In this document: in pieces, positions 38,488-52,130 of the stretch | How the letters are laid out: every line of letters starts with the position of its first letter | Position numbering within the stretch: position 1 is the first letter of the stretch | Source of the DNA: Chara braunii | Taxonomy: Eukaryota > Plantae > Charophyceae | Reading direction: 5' to 3' | DNA length: 64,000 nt | NCBI GenBank assembly: GCA_003427395.1 | Contig: BFEA01000024.1 | Coordinates: 1,190,932-1,254,931, forward strand | The notes under the pieces: generated by a model | The model's database searches: none | Told to the model about the DNA's origin: nothing | What the model saw: the letters and a program-made list of their open reading frames with translations, nothing else | Program-made: the position numbers and the translations under genes

Positions 38488-38500
38488 AAGGAGGGGGGAG
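38488..38500 (+). promoter_or_regulatory. Polypurine tract
   Basis: AAGGAGGGGGGAG directly before the 3' LTR. Confidence 0.9.
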
Positions 38501-39905
38501 TGTGGCATACTCTGTACCACAGGGGCCCAGCAGAGCCCGACAAGGTAGACTAAGGGTCAGTAGGTGTAGGGCCTATTTCGTTTCAGCCTAAAAGCCTGAA
38601 AACGAGGGCCTACAGGCCCTGTGCCGTTTCAGCCTGAAAGCCTGAAAACAAGGGCCTACAGGCCCTGTGTCGTTTCAGCCTAAAACAGGGCCCTCCAGGC
38701 CCTGAGTCTTTTCAACCTGAAACGGAGGGCCATTTTCAGGCCCTCATAAGATCGACCTGCCCTGAAACTTAGGCACCAGACCAGGGTTTTAGCACAGGCC
38801 ATTTTTGGCCTGTTTTCAAGACAACCTTTGTTTGAACTTCAACACCAGGCTCTGGCACGTTTTGACATTGGCAAGAGCAGCCTCCTGGACGGGCCAGCAC
38901 TATATAAGACTGGCCCGGACTACAGGCTGCAGGCAGTCACGAGGCAGTTCCTAGGAACTTCCCAGACACTTCACGTGCAGGAGGCAGGAGGTAGGAGTAG
39001 TAGTAGTGTTAGCAGTAGTCTTCAGCGTTGGGCGCTAGTAGGAGCTAGAGTAGCGTTGGAGAGAGAGAGAGAGAGAGCGATGGTTGGCGGAGGCCAGGGA
39101 GACTTACCTGTGGTGCCATAGCTCCAGCTTCGTCTTCGATGTACCTGCAACAAGGCNNNNNNNNNNNNNNNNNNNNNNNNNNNNNNNNNNNNNNNNNNNN
39201 NNNNNNNNNNNNNNNNNNNNNNNNNNNNNNNNNNNNNNNNNNNNNNNNNNNNNNNNNNNNNNNNNNNNNNNNNNNNNNNNNNNNNNNNNNNNNNNNNNNN
39301 NNNNNNNNNNNNNNNNNNNNNNNNNNNNNNNNNNNNNNNNNNNNNNNNNNNNNNNNNNNNNNNNNNNNNNNNNNNNNNNNNNNNNNNNNNNNNNNNNNNN
39401 NNNNNNNNNNNNNNNNNNNNNNNNNNNNNNNNNNNNNNNNNNNNNNNNNNNNNNNNNNNNNNNNNNNNNNCTCTTCTAAGTCCACCATCTCTTCCTCACC
39501 CTCTCACTACCGGACTTCTCAGTATCTGCAGACTACGAGAGAGAGAGGGATTGGTGACCTTGGGATTTGACGATATTTGGATCCTGACTCGACATTGGGA
39601 TTCAGACATTTGATGAGGGATTGTTTGGGACTGTACCGAAGACTTGGTGTTGACGACATTTCCATCTTCCCCTCTTCTTCGTCTAACCCCACTCTTCTTC
39701 GTCTGTGTATAGTTGGGGACTGGCGCGTTCTTCCTGTGTGAGCGCCAGGCCCCTTCACACCATGGAATGATGATGATGTNTGTTTGGTCTGCATGGCAAC
39801 ATTGATTGTTCGGATCATTCGTATTTAAGCCTTCCGCTGTGTTATCTTGTACTTTGTGAGAGAGGTCGGTTCTTGTTCTGGTCTGTACCGTTACGGTATG
39901 CGACA
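38501..39905 (+). repeat. Gypsy 3' LTR (contains N gap)
   Basis: Matches the 5' LTR and is followed by TSD GACCC. Confidence 0.95.
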
Positions 39906-41115
39906 GACCCACAACGTACGGAGACAACTCCCGGAACCAGGTGAATAATTTTGCAGTACCAGACCCACAGCACGGTGACCCCCCACATGGCCTGACTCAA
40001 TATGTACTGATTGGACCCTGGGAACAGATTTTGGCTGCCGTATGACCGCGCCCGTTGAACCCGTAATGACCATGAACATAGTTGGAATACTAAGCTAGAT
40101 TAAGCTGCTGTGTTTTTGAAACTCGTAAAGTTTTTCTGTTGAAGCAACGGCGTCCCACTGACCTGCACTTAAGGCAGGCACCGTGGCACGTCGGGTGAGA
40201 GAGGTAAAGTAGCATACTAAAAACATATTTAAAGCATAGCTAGTAAGGGCATTTCCTCAACTTGAGTGGCGTAGGAGTAGGGAGGTTAAGTATTCCTTGA
40301 TGATGTTATATCAGGGATTGTTGGGGAGGAGTTGATGACGCCATGATAATGGAACTCACGTCATCTTCTTCTTTTATCTTCCATTGTGTGTATTTTCATT
40401 GACTCTGGCGATGGATAAGATGTGAAGCGTCTGCTCTAGCGAGCGGAGTGAGTGTCACGATAGAATCAAGTAGTTCTCTTGTCTAGACCCAAGCAAGAAG
40501 AAGAAGAACCAAAACAAAAAAGACTACCTACTACCTACGCAGGGGCGTTGGCGGGCAGGTGCAAGGGCGATGGCTATAAGTTGATGACGTTGACATCCGC
40601 TCGAATGAGCGCAGCGTCAAAGTCGTGTTCGACGTCGTGCTTGCATGGGCCGGAGGGCAGCACCCCTAGCTTCCGCTTGGCTGATCTTCTATAAAAGAAA
40701 AAATAAAAAATAAAGCATGGGGCGGAGGGCACACACGTGGGGCGTCGGGCAGGGGGCGCAGGTAGGGTTCCTCGGTTGTGTTTCGAATTCCAAATGCGGC
40801 CGATTTCGACTGCCAATCCGCCAGATCGGCGTTTGAAATCGGTCGCATTGTGAATTGAAATTTTGAAAAACCACGTAGCAGATCTTCGCTGATCAGAGGC
40901 GGGGGTCGGGCGGGCCCCCGGTTTTCAAAGAAACGGCGACAACTGTCTTCAACTTCTGTCCGCCACCTACTTCCAGCATTTCCCTTGGTCTTCTAGTTCT
41001 CCTGTCTCTCATTTTCATACCCAAACACCTATTTTTGCACAGAGTTCACGTGCAGGCTCTCCCAAGAGTGACGCTTTCTTTCCCCTAACGGAAACTCGAC
41101 GCGGATTCTTGGGAT

Positions 41116-41625
41116 GTGCCCAATGGGGCCCAGGGTCCTAGTGCAAGCCGGCTAGAACCACGGCTCCCAAAGATGGCCCAGCCTAAGAAATTCACTGGGG
41201 TAGACCCCAAAGTGGATGTCTCAGATCGAAGGTCCAACCTCAAGGGCTTCACCTGCCGAGAAGAGGAAAACGTGAGGACCACGGTCCTCGCTAGTGCCGC
41301 CTTGAAGTGGGCCACTTCTGAAGCCAACAAGGTCAAGAAGCAGCTAGCAGAATTGACTTCTGTTGTAGGATTAGACCCTTTGTTCTAGGGCCTGGAGGAG
41401 AGGTTTGCTGATAAGGAAAGAGATCGGAAGGCAGCCGACGAGTTAGTCACACTAGGTCAGACTAAATGGCATGGATCCCTCTCTTGACTGTACTCTGAGT
41501 GGGAACAGCTTAACTCTGCCCCCGGATTAGCCATGTCCCAAAAACGCAAGCTAAAATGGTTTATTTGGGCTGCCCCAGTAGGGTATGCCAGGGCCCTTTA
41601 TGTCGCGAACTATAAGAACTGGAGG
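41116..41625 (+). pseudogene. gag: Ty3/Gypsy gag remnant, N-terminal part (continues at 51570)
   Basis: PKMAQPKKFTG, AALKW, LEERFAD...AADEL..LGQ, WFIWAAP...NYKNWR. Confidence 0.75.
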
Positions 41626-43120
41626 GCTCTCCCAGCCTCGGTGCTAGCGCTACGCTGTGAACGGAGCGGCAGGCCCGCCCTGTGTCGCAGCGACGAACAT
41701 TGAAGATTCCTCGGTGTCGGTCGGCGACGACCAACGTGAGGAGGTCAACGTTTGGGCGCCTGGTTCTGTCCCCGCCCCCCATAGGGGCGGCAGCCATAGC
41801 TAGTCGTAGACAGAAGTGCGCTAGTAGCCAGCACTTCGAATGGGAGGGGTATGCGAGGAGGCTAAGCAACGACGGGGCTGGAGGACATATGAAAGGACGA
41901 GGAGGAGGGAGCAGGTGGACATAAGGGAATAGCGAGTGACACCAGAGCGAAGATCGTAGGTAAGAAGAAGGCTAGGGTTGACGAGAGGCAACGCAGAACC
42001 CCCAATCAGGGAGGGGTGGAAGACGAAAGGAGAATTAATTAACTCGGAGGAGGAAACATCTACCCGGGTAAGAGACGGACGGACGTGTATAGGAGCACAA
42101 ACGGAGTAAGGGAGCGATTAACGTGGTCAGGGGTACATAACGTGGCTGAGACAAGAGAGTGCCTCTCAGAGGGATTGACTACAAACCTGAGAAGGAGAGG
42201 AACGACGGGTGGCATAGGGTGCGACTGCAACGAAGGACTCTGACATGTGATATCATGGAGATTCAAGAGTTTTGAGGTGAGTGTAGCAGGGTGAAGTTAA
42301 AATAGGAAAGGGAAGTGGGAGAGCGAAGGGACTCAAGAAAGCGTGTCTTCAGGAAGAGAAGAGGTGGGGACGAAACAACGAAGGATCGCAAGTAAGTGTG
42401 CGTGAGGCAAGGGAGAGGTTAGGGTGAGATCAAGCAGGGAAAGCAGGGGGCTAAAAAGAAGTAGGAGAAGCGGGGGGGAACGGAAAGTGTGGCTTGAGGA
42501 AGAGAAGAGGTGGGGACAGAATAGCAAAGGAACACAGGCAAGTGTGCGAACGGCAAGAGGGAGGTCAAGGTTAGATCAAGCAGAAGAAGGTGGATGGAAC
42601 AGCGGGAGAGAGGGGGTCGTCGGGCGCAGTGGGTGTCTGGGATAGGTACATAGGAAGGGAGGACTGAAAGACCAACATACGAAGGGAGGTGAGCCTTGCT
42701 GGAGAGGCAAGAAGACTAGAGACAAGAGGAACATATGGCGAATCCGGAAGCTGCCAAACCAGAGAAGTGTAAGTGCAAACGACGAGAACTCTCTTCCCCC
42801 TCCTCCTCCCCTACCCCCTCCTGGCCAACTGCGCAGAAGGAAGGACTGAAAACAATTAAAAATCAACAAAACAAAAACCGAAAACAACCACGTTAGTCAT
42901 CCCCTAAAAAGCTACAATCACCAAACCAGCACAAACCTTTCAGGTGAAGTCAGGAAGATTTCATCTCACAGAGAATTTAAAAGAATAAGTGAATTCAAGA
43001 ATAATTCAAACTTGGGAAAATTTCATCTCACAGAGAATTTAAAAGAATCAGTAATAACTTAATAAGCCAAACAAGCACAAGCACTACTGTTTGCATAGGG
43101 GGAACTTCCAAATTCCAACA

Positions 43121-46100
43121 ATGGCCAGGCCTGCACGCAACCAGAAAAGCCACAAAAGAGCCGACTCCATGCTCCTCTTCAGAGGAGCCATGAGGCAGGC
43201 AGCACTGAAGCTTCTGGCTACCCCCCCTACAAGACATCGTACAAGTAAAGAGCCTCGACACGATATTCAGGCAGCAGGAAAGGAAAAGGATGCTCAGTCA
43301 TTGCAGAAGGAAGATGATTTCCCTCCACTTCGGAATGGTAGCGTAGGAGATAGCAAAGGGGAGTCACTGGGGGGTCCTTCAATTGGTCCATCCAGCGGTT
43401 ACAAAGGGACAGTTCATCAGGAAAATGATCGAGGGGAGAGTTCGGGGGATTCCCCAACTACAGAAGGGGCAGAAGGACTAACATCATGGACCGCCAAACT
43501 CAAGGGCCCATATCAAAGGAAAACCCTCGAGGTCCCCAGAAAGGACCCTCAGGCCATCTCCCTCCAGCTCCTCCTCTCCACTCTCTCGACAGCAAGGGCA
43601 TTCTTCCTGTCACAATTTCTGACTCCATCCGAACAAAAAGTAGTGGAAAGTGGAGGGAAGAAGTTCCAGATCAAATCATATCCAGCGCACAAGACGGCTG
43701 AAAGGGACGCCATCTATCAGAAGCATGCAAACAATTGGGTGTTCCACGACGACGACGCCTATAAATCCACCAATGACAAAATCAAGTGGATTTGTAAGCG
43801 ACTAGCATCCCTCAAAGGTTGTCCGGAGGCTGTGCAGGATGACTTTTTGATTCAGCCAGTCTCCTCCTCCGTCTTCACGATCCTCTGCTTGCATGTTACA
43901 GACAAACAGACCATTGACAACTGGCGGAAGCTCCGGTGTGATAGATCGGAGATTCGCATCTATCCTTGGAGCCCCCTGAAACAAGGCCCATAAGAAAAGA
44001 GGGCCCAAATGATGGAGGCCTACTACTGGGTCGAGTTCAGGCATATCCCCATAGAAGTTCAGGCGACTTTCGTTCACGAACTGGGTGAGCAATTCGACAT
44101 AGTGGACTTCATCGACCCTCTTCCTCCCTACGACGCTAAATGAGATGACTATCTGATGCTAGCTCTCAATTTTCCACCCTCTCAACCCTTCACAATGGAC
44201 GACATTATCCTGTACAGAGTGGGGGAAAAGGAGTATCGGATACATACAGCCCACAAGCTTAGGCCATGGTGTTTCCGCTGCAAAGCGTATGGGCACCTAT
44301 GCACAGACCCGGACTGCCCCAACCACCTAGGCAAGCAAAGCAGAGTCACGGGCCGCCTCCTACGGGATCCGGTCTGGGGCAACTTGTGGAGGACCGTCGA
44401 CCCAAGACACGAAGGATGGGTCTTTGAGGAAGGGAAAGGGAAAGATGGCATGCCAAAAGGCTGGAAGTGGGAGAAGCCCGGGGATCCCGACTGGGGTACT
44501 AACCCCCCAGACACATGGACACCGCCTGAGTTAGAAGGCCCTAAATCCAGCCTTCGGACGGCGGGGACAAGCAAGGGGCACCACGCAGGCACAATCCATC
44601 AGCAACAACAAACTTCCCAGGGAACGGAAGCCTCAAGGACAACTAAAGGTTTTGGAAACAGACAGGGGCACATCCTCCCAGGCCATCGGGAATGGAGAGC
44701 CAAGCTTCCCCAGGAACCACTGAGCCCAGTGGGAGGTTCAACCTTGCCCGAGCCAGCACTGCGAGCCTATTTGCAGGACGGCGGAAGGTTACTAGCTCAA
44801 GAGGAGGAAAGGGAGGGGGGCATGGGGACACAACAGTTGTTGAGGATTGAAGAGGACATGGGGATCAGGGGGGGGGGGAAAGGGGGGAAAGAGGAGAAAT
44901 GGGAGGAAGAGAGGAAAGAGAGGAAATAGGAAGGGGGGGGCGGGGAGGATCAGACAAAAAAAGGAAAGTTCATGGCGGCGAGTCCAAATAATGGGGAATC
45001 ACGACAAAACCAGACAAGGGAGAAGGAGGAGGAGGGAGAGGAGTTAAGGAAGGAGGATGGGGAGGTAGGCACGCCGGATCCCGACCCCTTTAGAGATGCC
45101 TTTGGTCCCGCCCCGATGGAGGTAGGACCATCCCCCCTCCCCTCTACACTGCCGCCCGATATAATAATGGAGTTCCAGGAGCAGGCCACCAAGGAAACCT
45201 GCCAAGAGCAACAAATTTCAGTAGAGCAAAAACTTATTCAACTGGCAGACTGGCTCCTCAACAGCCTGAAAGATAGATATGGGCTGGCATCGGACAAGTT
45301 CTGGGACACCACATACGTGAACATATTCCCTATCTTAGATGGTAGCCCCAGTCTCAAAAAGGTGATGTCGGAAGGGCTGCCCCCGGGACTGACTTAGGCC
45401 GATGTGGGCTTTCGTGTACCACATACGGTGGCAGAGTTGCTACCCCCACCACCCCATAAGGAGGTTAGGCACAACCCATCAGGGACCCCGTGTCAGAGTC
45501 GGAAGAAAGCTCGGTTGGGAGGGGCAGCGGAGACATGCAAAGGGAAGATAAACAAAGAACAACAACGTCAACAAAGGGATTAGTAAAGAACCCCAACAAC
45601 AGACCCCAGACATAACCACCCCTCAACGTCCCAATCCTGTGACGGGGCCTCTGCAAAGAGGTGTCGGTTGAGACAATGTCTAGAACAGGGTGGCGGGTCC
45701 CAAAAAATATCCACCACAGGAGCTCCTCCGATCCCAGTACGGAAGAGGAAAGGATCATGGGAGGTGGGCCTCTGTCTCGGGAAGGATGGCGCAACATTGA
45801 AGGGGTGGTCCTCTTTCTGGGATTATGACATTGAGGGAGAGAAGGTCCTCCAGTGGGATCTGGACAAGTTTGTTGAGTCCCAGTACGAGCGGGCGGAGGC
45901 TAAGTGGGTGGCGAAGGAAGGTGAAGCGCACATGGCGCAAAGGGTCGCCTTTGCCTGATTGAGCGAATTTAAGGATGCTGATTTGATTTGGCTCACCCAT
46001 GCGAAGCTCCAGGAAGTGCAACAGTCAAGGATCAGAGACAGTCCCGGCTGGAGTGCCCCGCAAGTCATTCACTACTTATGCTCACTCCTTAGGCACAATA

Positions 46101-46177
46101 CCCTTCGGGAACCCTCTACTCTAGACAATGCAGACTGGACACCCATGTCGATAAATGAACCAGTCCGAAGTCAGTGA
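43121..46177 (+). pseudogene. LINE ORF1 (~1000 codons; zinc knuckle and C-terminal extension)
   Basis: IRIYPW...WVEF..IP, CFRCKAYGHLCTDPDC, low-complexity linker, then globular-looking segments; stops and frameshifts. Confidence 0.75.
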
Positions 46178-46239
46178 CCAGCAACGACGCTCAAGGGACG
46201 AGCAACCCGCTCTGGGAACAAATGAGTTACAGATCCACT

Positions 46240-49200
46240 ATGGAAAAGACAAGGCCTAGACCAGGGCGGCCCAAATAGCTGACCTGGATTTACGCTCACT
46301 CAACGTGAATGGGTTGGCGGCAGCAAACCCCTTGAAACGAAAGGCGATACTAGAGCAAATAAGGGGGGTGGGAGGGAGGCGCTGGCCGGACCTAATCTGT
46401 ATCCAGGAAACCCATCTCACAAACTCCCCATAGCATAATAGGGCACACAACCTGGCCTGGCCTTTCCAAAAATTGCAGCACATGCACCGAGAGCGGGGTC
46501 CGCAGGAGTGGCGATTTGGATTCCCCCTGACTCCCCGGCGGAAGTTATCCACGCTGCTGTAGACACGAGGGAGGGGAGATGGGTGGCTGCCCTTCTTCTT
46601 ATGTTGGAAATAGAAGTAGTTAGCGGGGTGTGCATCTACGGTCCCAAAGATGTTGAACATCGCAAAAAATTCTTCGAACACATATGGTCCCAGCTGCCAC
46701 AAGGTATACCTGCTATCATCGCAGGAGATTTTAATGTGGCTCCGGATCGTAGCCTTGACAGGTGGAGAGTCCCCTCCCCGTGCCTTGCGTATATAGAAAC
46801 GGATGAAGGAATCATTCGAAAGCTCTGTGAAGAGGAGCACCTCTATGATTCCTTCAGGCGACTACATCCTCGGAAGAGACTGTTCACATGCATTCGTAAT
46901 AGCAGTACACCCTCACAATCCAGGTCTAGAATAGACCTCATCCTCCTGGCGGAGGATGTGGACAGAGCACTGCAGTCGGTCACCATCTTCCCTTTAAGCC
47001 CATGGTCGGGAGCAGACCACCCTCACAATCCAGGGCTAGATGTGTGCGATATTGCTCAAATTCCATAAAAAAACGGATCAGGGTCTTGGCTTTTACAAAC
47101 TTAACACATCTATCCTGAAGCTACATCAATTTCGTGTCTTTCTTAAAGACGTATGGGAGTATTGGCGGACCACACGGGGCCGTCATGACTCATATATTGC
47201 GTGGTTTAATAATGGATTGGCCTTTATGGCCAGAAAATGCAATGAATTTTCAAAAATAAGATCCAAAGAAAAATACGCTCAGGAAATTAACATCCAGGAG
47301 AAAATCCGTAGCCTTGAACAGGAAAGCAGTGGATCACTGCACATCCCTTCGCAAATTAAATCCGCTGAATTGCAACTACTCAAGGACCAACTTCTCGAGT
47401 TCGCCCAGCAAAGGTGGTAGGGATCCATCATCAGAGGCAAGCTATCTAGGCACATCTCCGAAGGACAAATGGACACATCCTTCTTCGCGCTAGCACAAAC
47501 CAGGGCCAGATGATCCGCCATAGAGGGACTTTATGACCCGATCAAAACCCGCGAAGTCACCTCGTTTTCCTCAACCCATGGCCTGAAAGTGGCCAGAGAC
47601 TTCTACAAAGAATTTTTTTTCTCTTCCTTGATCAACGAGCCAGAGCAGACAAGGGAAGACAAAATCAGAGAATTCCTACTCCCCCTCACAACATACTTAT
47701 TTGGTGAGCAGAGGGAGGCTCTGGACAGGCCGTTACGGAAGGAGGAAATTTGGAATTCCCTCCTGCAGATGGAGGGAGGCAAAACCCCGGGGGTGGACGG
47801 GCTCCCTAAAGAATTTTGGGAGGTAATGTGGTCTTCGATGTCAAAAGAGCTGATGGAATACTATCGCCAAGTGAACACCTCAGGAGACATAGGAGAGTTT
47901 GTCAGTCAGGGGATACTCACCCTCTTGTACAAAAAAGGGGACAAAACAAACATAAGGAACTACCGACCAATCACACTCCTTACTATGGTCTACAAGTTGG
48001 TTGCCAAAGCATTGGCCAACAGGATGATTCCAACCCTGGAGGAGATAATCCACCCCGCACAAACAGGGTTCATGCGCAACAGAAACATTCAGGACAATGT
48101 GTTGTTGGTTAACGAACTAATCAAGCTATCTAGACAGTCCCGACAAAATGCAGCCATAGTGTTCATCGATTTCGAAAAAGCATACGATCATGTAGATTGG
48201 AAATTCTTGGACAAATGCATGCATCAAATGAACTTCGTCCCAGTATTCCGTAATTGGATTAGGATTCTCCATAATAATGCGACCACACGAGTACAGGTGA
48301 ACGGCTTGCTGGCCCCATAATTTAAGTTACAGTGCTCCGTGCGGCAGGGTGACCCGCTAGCCCCCTTCCTGTTCTTGTTAGTGACGGAAGCACTGACCGC
48401 TAATCTGAGAACGAATAAAAAAATCTTTAGACCTCGGTTGTCAGGCATCCCAGAAGAAGCCATCCCGATTTACTCGATGTTTGTGGATGACCTTACAATA
48501 GTGGCCGAGGCTAACCACAGTAACATGGACGAACTTCAAGCCCTCATGAACCGGTTCATCGCGGTTTCTGACATGCCAGTCAACTGGGGAAGCAAAACGC
48601 AAGGCTGGTGGATCCACTTTCATGGAGTTTGGCCACCTGAACAGCCTAAGTTTGACTGGAGACCCCTCGACGAACCAATCAGAGTCTTGGGGGTGATGCT
48701 GTCAACGCATGGACCGCCGGTAAGAAACGATGAATGGATCACTAGGCCGGCACTGGACAAAATGCAGAATTGGGGCCATAAAAACACTTCCCTCTTCGGG
48801 AGGGCGTTACTCATAAACAACGTGGTGCTCGCATCCATTTGGTATAAGTCGGCCCTCTGCCAACTCGGAAAGGATAGCACCAGGGAACTCAAAAAGCATC
48901 TGGTTGCCTTCCTCTGGCGGGGGAATCATGAGCAACAAAATGTAATCAATAGGGTGGCTTGGGACAAGCTAATCCAACCTAAAACCAAAGGGGGTTTAGG
49001 CTTATTGGACCCCGCTCTTCAAGCCACTGCACTATCAATCCAATGGATCAAAAAATTAATAGTAGGAATAAATCCTTCATGGCGGGATCTGGCTTTGGAA
49101 CAAATCCGTCGACTCGCACCACGAACCGCCAACACTGTTAACCCCCTCACATGGTTGGAGGACCGATATTGGTCTATACCCCGCCCCCGCCTTAATTCCG

Positions 49201-50600
49201 AAGAGGAAGGAGACAGAGGAGCAGCCAGGCAAGATTTGGTAAAAGATAAATCATGGATTGACCTTACTAAAAACTAGAGGAGGTTGCCAATCCCCGACAG
49301 ACCAGCCCCGGAACGAGCAGAGGAAATCTTGCGTCAACCCCTTTTTGGGAATAGGGCAATCACGGACAGACAAGGAAGAGTTTTCGTCAGCTTGGACCCC
49401 CTCTGGGCCTCATGGGTTAGGCAAGGTATTCTTAGAGTGGGGGATATTTGGGATGAGGTAACCAAAGACTGGAAAACAACTCAACAATTACGGCCTAGCC
49501 TACGCCACACTCGGAACCTGGCAGAGGCCTTGGAACAGTTGATATTTTCAATGCCCCTTGCCTGGGTGAGGACCCTAAGAAAGGGCACGATACTACAAGA
49601 GCAGGACTGGGTAGCAGTAAGGGTAGTCAACTCCCCCTTACAAATCAACACGATAGTTGAGGCCAGACCGGAAGGGGCTATGGTCAACCTTTTCCAGAGA
49701 AGAGGGGACGATTCCCTGGTATGCTACCACCCAGACTCGGTCCAATGGCACGAGAGGACCAACCTCTACCGAATCCGGGTCCTGCAAAGCCATAAGGAAG
49801 GGAGGACTCAATTGCGGGCATTTTTACCAGAAGTCCCCCTGTCCGCTTTAGCCCTGGACCGTTTAGAATGGCAATGGGTTAGGGGACGGAACGGTCAAAC
49901 TGTATACCTCTTCGAGTTGTCTGTAAAAGCTACTTATAGAATGATCAAACCTCGATTCGACATTCGGGCAGAGATAGAAGAACGCTGGCAGAAGCACCGA
50001 GGCCTACATAGGGGACAAGTGAGAGGGTTGAAGTGGTTTAAAGGGGTGAAAGAGAGACCAGCAAAGTTTGCCTCCCTACAATGGCAAATTTGTCACCGCT
50101 GCCTCCCCACCAATGATTGGCTCATAGACAGGACGAACCTGGAGCAAAGAGGGATCGCACTCCCCTGGTGTAAGTCCTGTAAAGCAGGGTTCCCGTCCCG
50201 AAAAATATGTGAGACAATTGAACACATCTTTCTCCAGTGCCCGGGCGCCTCCCTACCGTGGCGTTGGTGGGATCGCATTTGGTCTCAACTGGGCACTCAT
50301 GAGGAATGGTCATGGAAATGGGAAGCGCTTTTGCTAGGCAATGGAACAGGCCACACGCATCCCGCTTCGCTAACAACCTCTTTACCATATCCAGGAAGGC
50401 TGTAATCTGGGCCTAGTGGACAAGGAGGTGCATCTTTGACCAGGAAGGGGCCAGAATGGAGGAAGGGGAAGTGGCGTCTACAGTCAAACAATTTGTGGAA
50501 ACAGAAATAAGAGCACAATGGTGACGATTTCAGAAGAAAATGATAGTTCTAATACAAAAATCAGACATCATCAAATAAATTCACACCTTCTGCGCAGAAT
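46240..50600 (+). pseudogene. LINE ORF2: apurinic endonuclease, RT and C-terminal zinc finger (ends approximate)
   Basis: SLNVNG, ICIQETH, AGDFN, SRIDLIL, ADH; KTPGVDGLP, NYRPITLL, IDFEKAYD, VRQGDPLAP, FVDD, GGLGL; CKSC...ETIEHIFLQC. Confidence 0.95.
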
Positions 50601-51569
50601 GGCTAGGAGGGGAAAGGGGGGGCAGGATGGCTCAAACAGACTGGCCTGGGGAAAAGAGAGATGAGGGAGGAAGCAGTGACGTTTCCAAGGACCACAAGGA
50701 CTATAAGCTCAGATTTCACGACTGGCTGCAAGTCAAATCCAGCACCCCAATGAAAAGTCCCGAGGACTTCCCAGACATGTTCCCGCTGTCTGCCACAACC
50801 ATAGTAGAGAGACAATGGTTTCGTTAGCAGTTGAACAAGGGGGTGCATCCGACGCCTGTTAGTGTAAGTGATTGTTAGAGTGTTTGGCTGGGACGCCCAG
50901 GGGCTCTGGGCATCCAAAAGGTCCTTGGTGGTAATTGCGGCGCTGGATATCAGAGTCATCATTGTCGGTGTGAGGGAGGAACTAGAATGTAACAGTAGGC
51001 ATCTGGCGCCAACTTAGGGTGAAGAGGTTCCCGCCCACGTCCCAATACCCTGCCCACTCAATCCTTTGGACATTAGGGCAATCAATGCGGCCAGGAACCC
51101 TCCACTTTCTTATTTTGATCTGCAATGAATTACTCCGTCGCCTTCCAGCCAAAAGGCTACAAGTAGGAAAGGAGAAGGTAGGTTTTAGCGCTTTGCTCAA
51201 CAACCTGCTCAGTCAATCCTCTGAATTCAGAGTAATCAATGCTGGCAGGAGATTCTCAGTTTCCCAAAAAAAAAAAAGGGCTGGACGTTGGACCTGGTTT
51301 CCAGCAACAGGGTCCTTCCCGGACTGTCGCATGGTCATGTTTTTTTGAATTTTCTTGTTTTTTCACCTATGTATTTCTAAAGGACGCTGAGCCTGTTTCT
51401 CACCAAAGATGTATCAATGGGACGCTGGACCCGGTTTCCAGCAGGTGCTGCTCCCCACCAATAGATGGAGCCTCCCTGATGGTGCTAGTGGTGTTTGCTC
51501 TTATCAGCACCCCTAGCAGCTGCTCGGGCTGTTTAAAAAATAATAATAATAATAATAAAAAAATGGAGG

Positions 51570-52130
51570 TCCTTTGGCAAAGCAGCCCTGGACATGGAGG
51601 CCACCCTTCAAGTCCAATCCAGTTCCTTGAAGGGAATTAGCTCCTCTTGCTAGAATCGGAGAAAGGGAAGAGCTAGGCTGTATTCTTTGGAGTCTAAGGA
51701 AGACTTCGGAAGCTTTGACCAGGGAGGAACAACTCTCTCAGTTGTTCAAGAGTAGGAGCTTCCCCGAACCAGGCTCTTTTGACCTTGGCCCAGGCACTAA
51801 TGAGCTTTGGAAAAGGCTCTAATCAGTCCCACGAACTCCAACCCTAGGAGAGCAGGCAAACACCCCAATGGACTGCAGAAGCAAAATCTGCCAAGGTTTG
51901 CCAAGTGCCCAAGCCTCATGAATCCTTCTAACTTCCCCCGGATAGATCTAAGAATCAATGAAGTGGTTTGGCAGAAGAGGAAGGATGATGGGGTTTGCCT
52001 TAGGTGTGTAGGGAAACACTTTGTCAATGAGTGTCCCGAGTGGGGCAACAACAATTCAAAAACTGAACAGGCCAGCAGAGGTAGCAGCCACCCCTGCCGA
52101 AATGAATTCATCTACTTCGGAAGATGAATC
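51570..52130 (+). pseudogene. gag: Ty3/Gypsy gag remnant, C-terminal part
   Basis: SFGKAALDMEATL and zinc knuckle RKDDGVCLRCVGKHFVNECP. Confidence 0.7.

Larger units (their letters stand above)
23922..39905 (+). mobile_element. Full-length Ty3/Gypsy chromovirus-type LTR retrotransposon (inactivated, with nested insertions)
   Basis: TG...CA LTRs, 5-bp TSD GACCC (23917-21 and 39906-10), PBS, PPT, and gag-PR-RT-RH-IN-chromodomain order. Confidence 0.96.
41626..51563 (+). mobile_element. Apparently full-length L1/Tx1-like LINE (~9.9 kb, decayed)
   Basis: ORF1 plus APE-RT ORF2, (TAA)n/A tail at ~51535-51563, degenerate TSD ATAAGAACTGGAGG / ATAAAAAAATGGAGG. Removal rejoins gag NYKNWR|SFGKAALDMEA. 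Confidence 0.88.
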
